The translations under genes and the position numbers were made by a program. The notes beneath the pieces were generated by a model. The model had not been told where the DNA came from and searched no databases. It saw only the letters and a program-made list of their open reading frames with translations. Source: Trichoplax sp. H2 (lineage: Eukaryota). Taken from it: a DNA stretch of 64,000 nt. The stretch's first letter is position 1, and each line of letters opens with the position of its first letter. The stretch is taken from contig NOWV01000136.1 of the NCBI GenBank assembly GCA_003344405.1, positions 124,001-188,000 of the forward strand, in the 5' to 3' direction. Positions 53,701-64,000 of this stretch are shown here, piece by piece.

Positions 53701-55401
53701 ATCATTCATTTGGCTAATTTTTATTTATAGACAGGAACCGCATGGCAGAAAGAGCTATATGAAGCTATTGATGGTAGTCAAAGTTTAGTTGCTATTGTTA
53801 CACCTGCATATGTACGATCAAAAGTGTGTTATGAAGAGTTTTCACTAGCATTAGCATTGGATCGTGAAAGAAATACATCAGAAGGGAAACGATTTTACTT
53901 TTGTCCTGTTATCTTAAACAGTAATGATAACGTTCCTAGTACATTTAGACATGCCAATATGATGATTTGTAAAGATGGTAGTTTCTCAAATGAATTTGTT
54001 AGTAAGGTTTGCCAACATTTAAAAATAGGCCAACATTTACAGGTGTGTTTAATTATTAAGGAAAATATTACATAAAATTTTTACAATATAAAGCTATCTA
54101 ATAATTGGATTAAGTCATTAGAAAAATGCTAAAACAACTTGATACTTTTGCAAGGATTTTCCGATGGACAAGGATGAGAAATCACCAAAGCTGGATGAAG
54201 TTCTAAGTAAATGGAGAGCGTTCCAGTTTACTCAAATAGCACAGGAAATAATGGCTGATCTTGATAAATTACCAAAAAGCGCAGTTACTGGCACTGGTGC
54301 TACTACTAAAAGATCGTCTATCAAAGCCATCCTTTGTTCAAAAAACATTTCAACGAGGGCAATCATAAATACTTTCAATGCTAGTACCACTGCTAGTACA
54401 ATAAAAGTTGATGATTCGCAAAAGTCTGTACATGTTGTAATCTTAAATGCTCAAAGCGAAGAAGATACAGCTGCTATGTTGAGAAGTTTGCTGACGAGAT
54501 TACTTCCTCAAACGAGAGTTACTCTATTGCAACAGCCAAAAACAGAAGAACAAACTCATAGAAGATTAAATATACTAGATGAAGTTGATATGGCTATAGC
54601 ACTAATATCACCACAATATTTATTGTCTCCTAAATTAGTAGACGAATTGCATATCATGCTTTTTCGACAAAGGAGTAATCCTCAGCGGTGTCTCTTTTTC
54701 CCAATAATTATGTATGGACTGCCGGAAGAACCGTTATATTTTAGGATATTAAACTGTAGATACGCATGCCACGATGAATTTTGGGATAAACTATACGAAA
54801 AGAGTCAGTTAAAAGTCCTAATTGAGAGTATATTTGGCCGTCTTGATATACGAAAGCAAATGGTATTGGTTTGTGCCGCTATTCATATAATCCGACTTTT
54901 AAATGGAAAAGGTATTTTTGCGTTAAAAGCATATCGCATCACTTAGAAAGCTGCTTCAAAATGATAGAACGAGCTACATACGAATGCAATCGCAAATATA
55001 ATTACGATAGTCTAGCAGAATATTTGTAAGTTTGTAGTTCTCACTTTTATACGGATAGTATCTTAATTTCATTGCATTGTCGTGATAATTGGAATCAGAT
55101 CTATTTTATTATACTATAGCTTAAGAACATTATAAATATCTTGAATTGATAAGACTATACGTCTAGGATTCGCATTTATTGATATTAGGAACTACTATAC
55201 GAGTATATAAGTAATACTAATTTATCGAATTACTCTTTTATGGCTTTGCTACTACATAGATATCATAAATGAACGATACTGTATTGCTAAATTTACATTT
55301 TCGTTACAGATCAAGGAAATTTCGGTATTTTATTAAATCTCAATAAAATCAACGACGAAATTGAGGATATTGAAGTAATTGATAAATTGAAGAAGCTGTA
55401 A
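49844..55401 (+). CDS. 13-exon gene, ~1018 aa: macrodomain-like x2 + TIR x3
   Basis: Hand-spliced exons: 49844-49973, 50145-50431, 50567-50731, 50824-50912 (alternative donor ends exon at 50903), 51245-51396, 51549-51838, 52313-52486, 52652-52882, 53007-53146, 53269-53506, 53731-54042, 54155-54911, 55310-55401. All introns are GT-AG with compatible phases, giving one open frame (3057 nt) to TAA. Confidence 0.85.
50911..51170. repeat. ~138-bp intronic tandem duplication
   Basis: AAGTATCTA...TCCTGA.TGGAAGCTAAATCC..CAT.AAGCT.TGATAGTC occurs twice, starting at the exon-4 donor. Confidence 0.75.
51245..52486 (+). other. Macrodomain-like repeat 2 (exons 5-7)
   Basis: YATGDLTD...IDVLVVSAFSNDYAAIPGTLIGAL...SVAMPVLATGNQGYS; clearly homologous to repeat 1. 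Confidence 0.65.
52652..53330 (+). other. TIR domain 1 (TIR_2-like)
   Basis: FDFYISYSPQD...SWQDEIYNAICKSIRVIVILTPSYLQCEACKEQF...LAPLY...LVQYIDCR. Confidence 0.85.
53385..54042 (+). other. TIR domain 2 (TIR_2-like)
   Basis: YDLFISYCHEN...IFFDVQQLKTGTAWQKELYEAIDGSQSLVAIVTPAYVRSKVCYEEF...FCPVIL. Confidence 0.88.
54425..54911 (+). other. Divergent TIR/SEFIR-like domain 3
   Basis: VHVVILNAQSEEDTAAMLRSLL...LDEVDMAIALISPQYLLSPKLVDELHI...FFPII; box 1 is degenerate. Confidence 0.6.
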
Positions 55402-56277
55402 GGTCTCGATTGTAATGTGTACTTGTTACGCTTAGGTTATGTATTTGTTGCTAAAGCCATAAGTTAAGTTAGTGTTAATAATTAATCAAGGTTTAGATAG
55501 GGTTTCTTTATATTGCTTTTTACTTAATCTGAGATTTGTATTTGTACATAACTTCATGAAATAGAGAATATATAGCATCTGTGTAGGCTACAGTATGTAT
55601 CCTAGAAGATTGGAGAATTTAGGACAGTTTTGATCTTATTGCCTGTCGATAACATCTTCTTTAACTGAAAAGTTGATGAAATTGATGGCTCCATCAATTT
55701 TATCATTAGTATTTAGTAGCCTAACAGTACTTAAAACTAGGTTTGTAGTATCAATTTTTATTTTATATCAATAAATATACATATCTTACCATAAATTGAC
55801 TACGGTTCTTAAGGGTAATACAATGTTCAACATGTCACTTTTTCTATAGTTTTTCTGTAACATAGTTCCTAGGTGTAGATGATCTATCGTAATACTATAG
55901 CGCATACATTTAAAAAGTATCGTTGCTATAAAAATTGCTCGTAATATAATAGTATGCTTAATAGGATATCTTGGTCCAGTAGAAGATAAAAATGTTAACT
56001 TTATACATTAAACAAATAATTTAGTTGTACTAGACTTAAGTACGACTGATGATAATAAAATTATGATCACAATATGCTGATTTTGACATTAATAAATCCA
56101 TATCATACACTCAAAATGAAATGTGAAGTTCATTTGCTCTAGAACTTTCAACTAAGTTCAGTCTCATATTACTGCATTTCTTGCAACAGTAATTCTACCA
56201 TTTAATAAGCTATTTGCCACTTAAGTAAGACGGTAGTACTTGCTTGAAAGAGCCATATTAACTTTAAAACTGTAAAT

Positions 56278-57423
56278 TCAAGCTTCAGTTAAGTCATCAT
56301 TAAAATAGATATGAATCGCTGGTAAAAAAGAGTCATCGTTCATGCCAAGTTTGAAAAATTCTTCAGAATCATCAGCAACTTCGTTCTCTTCTAGGGTTTT
56401 TGTCATGTCTAAATTTTTTCCAATGTATTTCCAAGTATAACTGCGTGCATGGGAATTGTATTTCATATAACGATCTTGAATCTCATCTAAGATTTCTTCA
56501 GAGCAAACCTGCAACAAGCAATATTCTTAATTACGATAAATTTTATAATGTATCATTCTGTAAAGTACTTATGCTGCTATTACGAAATATATAAAATCGA
56601 TAGGAGATTAAGCTGAAGTTTAGTATTACTTCGATTGTTTGCTCTTGAGATGTTAAAGTATTTATAACGCGAATAAATCGAGTTTTCTGTGAAAGAAGGC
56701 CTATGCAATAGGCATCATCTTTCCACCAAGGCTTTCCAAAATTATTAGCCCAATCACTTTGTGGATATGGCGGTGGAATATGAATAAAACGGCCATGAGG
56801 TGTATATGGTACAATGCAACCGGTAACAGGATCGACATGCGTTCTTACCTAAATCAAGAGTGAAATTAATTTTACACTTAATGCATTTACGTGTCTTTTA
56901 ATACGATTCAATTTTAAGATAAAAGCAAATACTGTAATATTGAACAACTACTCACATCTTTCGTTTTATCATCGAACCAATGAGAAATGTCTTTACCAGC
57001 TGATTGTATAACTGGTTTCAAGAGTAGATCTCCTATAATGGATAAATGGCGTGGTTATTCGAGCTTACTAACATCACCGAATTTCAACTAATAGCCGTTG
57101 ATTACCATATATCATATACTTGTTATAAATAAAATGATTATATTAATACGAATCTCAATCATTCACTCATACTACATCAACGCAATAATCTACTCTTCAA
57201 TATTATATGTTGTTGCCATACTTCTTTGCAGACTCCATCGGCAAATACTGTAAAACCTTGACAAGTACATCAGTAAGCTAGAGCTAAACGATGCCTAACC
57301 TGAATATTGATTACATAGCGGTGTTAAATTGTAAACCTTGCCCAGGAATGAAATCCATAAATCATCGATTGTAGTGTGTATACTAACTTCGTTAGGAGTG
57401 AAATATTTCGGCCTTACCACCAT
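56278..57423 (-). CDS. CYB5D1: Cytochrome b5 domain-containing protein 1 (ciliary/axonemal), 216 aa, 4 exons
   Basis: Exons 57423-57300, 57032-56956, 56848-56630, 56508-56278. Translation KYFTPNEV...[14 protein letters not shown]...[10 protein letters not shown]...HVDPVTG...[12 protein letters not shown]...[12 protein letters not shown]...YFNDDLTEA matches the CYB5D1 family as I recall it. Confidence 0.95.
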
Positions 57424-57471
57424 TGCGAATTTTTTTATCCAACTATCCACTTTAGTTCAATGTAACCTGAT

Positions 57472-57485
57472 GTTGTTATGGAAAC
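57472..57485. promoter_or_regulatory. RFX X-box upstream of CYB5D1
   Basis: GTTGTTATGGAAAC fits the X-box consensus GTHNYY-AT-RRNAAC; it lies ~50 bp 5' of the ATG of a ciliary gene. Confidence 0.7.
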
Positions 57486-59191
57486 GTAAACTGGAGTTTT
57501 GCGGAATTTATACAGTACAGTACTGTAACTCTACGGTACAGTGTACTGTACTCCTGCTCCGATTGGTGAGACAGCGGACAGATCATAAAAGGGTTCTATA
57601 CGATTTCTACTCTACTGCACTATACTTTTGTACAGTACACTAAACATTGACCGTCTCGTAACGGTATGATTCCAGACCAGCCGACACGAACTAGACGGGC
57701 GTCCGCGCGTCTGTTCATTTTTTTGATCCAACAAGTACTGGACACTATATAGTGTTCTAAACTAGCGCTGTAGACTTATAGAATATTATAGAATGAAATA
57801 GTAAACACTTGATTGCCCTGGAATTGTATTAGCTGCAAATCTTTCTCCTGAGCATTTACTTTGATTGCAAAATTATTTCTTGCTATCATTTCTTACACAG
57901 TTGTAGCTCTTACTACTGATTAATTAATCTATTAGACGTTGTGATAATAGATAAGAGTTCTTGAGCTATTAATTTTAATTCTTTGGCCATCAGATAAGGA
58001 CGATCGAGTTGTGTACTAGCTGCAGTGGAGGAGGCTGCCAATAATGAAGTGGAGAGATTGCTGAGGAGCAGTAGGGCGAAACGGTAAATAGAAAGTTGAA
58101 TTATAGTGATCATGCATAGTTTACACTTCAATTTATCGCTATTCCTTACACTGTGTTGTATCCAAGTGTTTGATTCTATGGTAAAGTGGGCTACGCACCA
58201 TAACGGTGCCAAAATGTTGTATTAACGTGAGCGAATTGAAGGTCAATGCTGGTTAGAATATTTGCATGTAGGACTGCAATTCTGCAAGAATAGCTTGCAG
58301 ACAGACCTGACGAATGGCGTATAGCATCTATAAAATAATAGTGCACCTATCACGACCAAGGTTGTGACACCAGAAGATAATATAAAAATAAATGTTCTTT
58401 ATCCTCGTTGATCCGGCAGATCTACCTCGTTACTTGACATTAAGTAGAACTACTCCTCTAATAATTAATGACTGTTTGCTTCTGAAGTGAAATAATTGGT
58501 GCTAGTCTACCTTTTATCCTACAGACAACTCTTTGATCGACGTGTATAACTACAGTATCTAGTCTACATATGGAAGTGAGAACTATCTAGTGTATCTGCT
58601 GTATTTGTTGTATTATCAGGTTTGTTGAAGTAGGGTAGACAATTTGCTATGCAAATAATTTCATATCAAAAATTTCACATCTAATTTTTTAGAGCTGTGG
58701 CAAACCAGCTAGACAGAAGGTGTTAATTACAGCTCCTATATCAACTTGCTTTTTTGTTAAATATTGATACTTGTCGATGAAGCGAATATAGCTGAATTCA
58801 TAATTCTGTTATGAATTTAAACATCTCTATTGCATCTTTGATATCGTACCTAGTATACTGAACTGAAGCTTATTTTACTAACTGGTGTATCAATATTCGA
58901 ATATCGTACAACAAAATTCATGATATATGGTAAAGTTAATGGGCATATTTGTAAAATTGTGCACGTACGCGATTATAGTATACGCGTATTTACTGCGAGT
59001 GCATTTTGCTTTATTCTTCGCGGTAGAGCAAAAATCATTCGATTTCCAGTTTCCGTTTAGGTAGTGACTTGTTATGTTTAAAAACGATTATATCTCATTT
59101 ACTACTTACTAATTTATGCGTTCATATATTTTCATTCTTATTTCAATAGATGATAGTAAGGATACATTAGTCGTAATACCTTGTTGGCGAC

Positions 59192-60757
59192 ATGGGTGGC
59201 AAAGACGTGAAGGAAATGAATCCGTTTAATAAAGTTTCTATTTTTATAGATGACAATTTACGTACTATCAGGGTAAGTCTTAATACCTAATTTTTACTAT
59301 TTTGATACCGAATCGTAAACATAGAAGTCATAAATGCTGTTACGAAATGAATATGATGCACAGCATACATTACAGTAACTGCATACTGCTATATATGATT
59401 GATTTGAAATACGACACTGATATTTACTGATCATTAAATATATAACGAACTGTATTATCTACAAAAATGATCGCTATATAGAAAATAATTGATAGCGGCA
59501 TTGCGATTATATCCATTTTCGAGTGAATCATCCGACAGGAGATTCTGCAAATCTCATGGTGTTCGTGCGCTAATTAATCAACACTAAGATCGAATATCAT
59601 AAGTGTTTCTAGAATGCGAGATACATTAATCTATCTTTCCACTGTTTACTATAGCTTGGTGTCACCATGTGCATGGGTATCGGCTTAATTATCGTTGCAC
59701 GGAGCGGTAGATTGGTATGTATTACATTTAGAGTTGACATCACCAGCAAGTAGAATGATTAAATTGCTGTTTGGAAGGATAAAAGCAAAGCAAAACTTAC
59801 AGTATCAGATTTATTAAGTTTCACCGTGTATTCCGAATGATAGTAATGTGACTGTGTATTATGACTAGTAGACAAAGTTGCAAATGTCATATCGTGAATC
59901 GGTTTCATGCTCTTTACCATGTTTTACTGCCAAAGAAATGTTATAAATCGAGTCATTGCTTATCAATACATTTGTCTTAATTTAGTTGAAAACGTTCACA
60001 TCTGTGTCCGATATACCCGAAAAATTTATCAGAAAAAATATAAAGTTACGTGGGATTGTAAAAAGTATTGACGAAAATGGCATTTTAATGGTCCAACATG
60101 TGCCTGTGTACCGACCTTCTCTTCTCAAATGTAAGTCTAAGTTGACATTTAAAAATTACTTCTTAATGATTCTTAACCATCATTTTACCTTGAATTTGAC
60201 GCTCCTTCAATAGCGAGGGATCATTGTCCCTTGAATGTAAAATTATTGGGTTTAGAATTACATGAAAATGGTCACTTGTGGCTAAAATCACATCTGCTTG
60301 ACAAACATATTTGGTTTCAGCTGTTTAGTGTTAATAGCAAAGATACGCTGGAATGTATAATTTTCAAAGGCGAGGCAAGTATCTCATCTATCCAACTTTA
60401 TTTATTATGCATTATCGTTGTATTGATCAAAAGGTGGCCTTTGTCTCACCATAGAATTTTATTATACGGTCTCGAATGAATGTGAACGAGTTACTCATTA
60501 AGGATGGCTTAGCTACAGTTACGACAATTAACCAAATCGAGAATAAACGAATTGCTAATGAAGTAGTCCGAAAGTTTATTAGAGCTGAGCTAAAGGCGGA
60601 AAAGAGCGAAAAAGGACTATGGATGACTTCTTCAATTGGGATCATGGATAGGCTGTCTAACCTCAAACATAAATTAAGAGATTGGACGGATAATTTAAAA
60701 AGATCACTGATTTCAGTGCAATCACGCATAACTGGGTACTTTGGAAAGAAAAAATAA
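59192..60757 (+). CDS. C3orf33: C3orf33 orthologue (TM + staphylococcal-nuclease-like OB fold), 249 aa, 5 exons
   Basis: Exons 59192-59272, 59655-59714, 59986-60130, 60214-60374, 60455-60757 (intron 4 is GC-AG). Motifs IDDNLRTIR, FTSVSDIPEKFIRKNIKLRG, VKLLGLEL, IWFQL, NVNELLIKDGLA, AELKAEKSEKGLW. Confidence 0.88.
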
Positions 60758-62571
60758 ATGGCTTTTGTTAATGTATCTATAGTATATTGCATATCTATTG
60801 AGCTGACGATTTTATAGTTTTACTGTTGCAACTAATGCAACGTTAATGTTATTATAGATATATAAGCATGTACGTGTCATGTATAGAGTATGCGACAGGT
60901 ATAATGATACAGCTGCATTATAGATGATTTTTTGGTGCTACACAAAATACATCTTGATCTGGAATTCTACGACTATTAAAATGTACTAGCTTATACGTAA
61001 ATGCCTTTTAGGCTACCGTATCTTTCATTGAATACAGCATAACAATAAATTATTATCTCCAATGATCTAGATTTCGACGTCACATAAGCATAATGTTCCA
61101 ATGTCATGCAACCAATCTTGTAAAATATCAGCATCTACCGTACACTCTAGACTGTATTACAATTTAGATCTGTATAGAAATATTTGCATCCAAGTATAGA
61201 ACATATTCAGTATAGCATACTGTACCTGCAGTATACTGTACGTTTAAATTATGAATTATTTGCTGGATACGAAGAATACTGGTAGCATCTAAGCATTTTT
61301 GTATGCTATGCAAGGTATTGAGTTAATTCTGGACGTTATCACAAGCTGGTTTTAGAGCTCTTGTCTGTTCCCTTGTTCGAAATTTAATATTGCCAGTTAG
61401 TGAGCTCAATTGATTTTTCATGCCCGTACACACTTCAGCTCGGGTATGCAAAGTTGCAGCGTTGTGAGCTACTGTAATTCCGCACGTAGTCGTTTTCCAA
61501 TTTTAGTGTTTACAACAACATTTCTTGTCCATCAGCGTAGAAATCCCACAAGATCTTATTATGAAATTTGTTAAGCGTATTTCGAACCGTTCCTTTTTTG
61601 CACACTAAACTTATATCATTTAATTCCCCCTTTTTATACTGCATGTGATGATATAACTAATAGTAAACAATTGATAAACATTTATTCGAGTATTATCTAT
61701 AGCCGATGCATGATTAATTAATTTCATTCAATTTATTTATAAATTTACTATTAATCTTGCTATCATTCACTTAGTTTGATCGTTTGGATCTTGTCTTGTT
61801 CGAATTATCCACACCACCGTCCGTCCGCACCGAGCATGCGCAGTTTTCGACTGAGTTTTAAACGTTAGAAAGACGTTTAAAAACTCCAAATGGCCAATGT
61901 GGCGCGTCCTCGAGGCAATCTCTTGTAAAGCGATAATACGGCTAAAATGGCTATTAAATCTATATTAACCTAGTATTGTAGAGTATATGATTCGTCTACT
62001 GTATCGTATGCATGCTTAGAACTACTCTATAGTTTCATAATAACTGAAAATCCGATTCTTTTGGTGACCATTTTTAGGGCCTTCGTTGCCCATGACAGCG
62101 GAAAGCTTCGAAGGGTTCGAGTACAAAAACTACAGTTAAAATAATGTCGCCAATTGGTCCCAATGGGCAGGAGCGATGCGACATTGCTTTTGCAGTAAAT
62201 TATATAGTAAAGTATATTATAGGACTAAAAGTAATGTCGTAAATAAAGACTCATACTACGTAGCTGGGGTGACATGGTTTTTGTTGGAGCGGGTAGTATG
62301 CAGTGATTTTTTTCGTCCAGTATAGTATTATTCACTGTAATCGCTAGGTGATTAGCATACTAGCTCAAACCATAGTTCAAGAGCTATAAGAGCTCTAGTC
62401 GAGCATAACTCAGTATTCATAGTCACTGTCTACAACAGACTACAGTACAATCATAGAAAAATTAGTACTGTAGAATGGACAGTATACTGTATAGAAACAG
62501 AGTTGGCTCATACCCATTCACACTAACGCCAATCCAAATACGCGTGTAGCTCATTGTGGAAAATATCCATC

Positions 62572-63675
62572 ATGGCGGTGCCGACAGAATTCAGTGGCGT
62601 TGTTCTATCCCTTGAAAATACTATTTATCCAGATGAAAAACTACAAGAAACACCATCGCAATTAGACGGATTAAGTAAGGAAATGGAAACAAACTTACGA
62701 ATTGCAGGTTGTGAATATATTCAAGCTGCAGGAATCTTATTAAAATTACCTCAGGTCAGTTGAAAATCCAGTCTATGCTGTCTACTCATACATTGTTACT
62801 ACTTCTAGCATTGGATAAATGGATTGAATGTTGTAGATTATAGGATAGGAATGAGATATTGTTGAGCTTTTTATCGAGTAATTCATTATATATACAACGC
62901 AGATAAAGGATCAGCTTTACAGTATGTAGGAATAGCTGTATGATGATAGTATTTGTAAGCTTATTTTTGTACACTATGAATCAACAAGCTTGATCATTTT
63001 GCGATCATGTTCTATATTGAGAGATCATTAATAGTGAGATAAAGATCAAGAATTTTCTACATTTAACATTATTATTGTCATCAAGCTGGACGATCGATGA
63101 CAAATTCATTTCCTACGTGATAGAGATGAGTGATTGTCAAGTCTGTCAAGGATGCTTACGAAAACGATCGTTAGTAATGATGATAATCATTAATAGTCAA
63201 TAGAAGATCAAGAGAGCTTATACGTTAATAATACGATCAAGCTATAGAGTCAATGCTTACATGAGTAATCATCAGTAGTTAAAAGAAGATCAAGAATTCG
63301 TATACATTAATATGAAGATCAAACGATGGATTATAGCGCACTCATTTCCTACGTAAAGGAGATAGTCCTACATGAACTTCATAAAGGATGCTTACATTAA
63401 TGATCGTTAGTAGTCGGAAGATTTATACTGTGTAATTGAAAGACTAATAAGAGTTCTTCTGCCTTTTCACGTTAATATTGCGATCAAACTGTAAAGTCGA
63501 TAACAAGCTCATTACTTAACATGATGGAGATGATTGTAGTCCATGCTATTGATGCTACTAAATTAAGTTGTATTCGTAACAGCATTGATGTTCTTTTCAG
63601 GTGGCAATGGCAACTGCACAAGTACTTTATCAACGCTATTATTATTCCAAGTCTTTTGTCAAATACAATTATGAG
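62572..63675 (+). CDS. CCNL1: Cyclin L, first two coding exons (gene runs past the window end)
   Basis: Exons 62572-62754 and 63601-63675: ...TPSQLDGLSKEMETNLRIAGCEYIQAAGILLKLPQ|VAMATAQVLYQRYYYSKSFVKY, the characteristic cyclin L N-terminus. Likely co-orthologue of CCNL1/CCNL2. Confidence 0.93.
62980..63540. repeat. Degenerate repeats in cyclin L intron 1
   Basis: TCATTTCCTACGT, AAGGATGCTTAC, GATCGTTAGTA and AAGATCAAGA each recur at ~230-240-bp spacing. Confidence 0.6.
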
Positions 63676-64000
63676 GTAGACAAGCGATAAATTGACAATA
63701 ACTTTGCTCTAATCTGCTTTAAATTCTATCAAGGACTCTATTCCTACACCGTATGATCATTATAATGAGTCAAAAGTACTAATTGAATTCTGTAGCATTA
63801 AAGTACCTTTCTTGTCAAGAAATTCTATTCCATGGTATCAGCTTATATTGTAATCTAGATGATGGACGGCATAACTATTATTATAGTAGTGATACGGTTA
63901 TACTTTCTATAATTATAAAGAACTCGGCTTGCAAGCAAATAGCTTAAAACTAACATATAATTTCCTTGATCATTTCAACCTTGTATGATAGATATGTGCC

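Noticed and set aside
49844-55401. Bacterial contamination as the source of the macro-TIR gene
   Set aside because: Twelve canonical spliceosomal introns and gap-free contiguity with CYB5D1.
62190-62290. AATAAA...GGGGTGACA|TGG as an LTR 3' end plus primer-binding site
   Set aside because: No matching 5' end, TSD or recognisable tRNA complement; it lies just upstream of cyclin L.
30342-62974. Antisense or overlapping ORFs (30342, 38080, 50745, 52270, 52565, 56400, 57338, 57913, 60427, 62786)
   Set aside because: Shadows of real exons on the other strand or intronic/intergenic noise.

Overview
AT-rich eukaryotic (animal) genomic DNA with short GT-AG introns and eight 20-N assembly gaps. The intronless rhodopsin-type GPCRs and compact genes suggest an early-branching metazoan such as a placozoan; this is an inference, not a proof. 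The left ~49 kb is gene-poor. It holds three divergent single-exon class A GPCRs, solo-LTR-like elements (TG...CA ends, 5-bp target-site duplications), a hAT-like MITE, degenerate tandem repeats, and several alternative haplotypes assembled side by side, which expose filled and empty insertion alleles. The right ~15 kb is gene-dense. It has a 13-exon, ~1018-aa gene that I reconstruct as two macrodomain-like repeats followed by three TIR domains (the top finding: a possible single-chain, Thoeris-like TIR/ADP-ribose signalling protein), then CYB5D1 (with an RFX X-box), a C3orf33 orthologue (with a GC-AG intron) and the 5' end of cyclin L. All gene models were spliced and translated by hand; no database searches were run.
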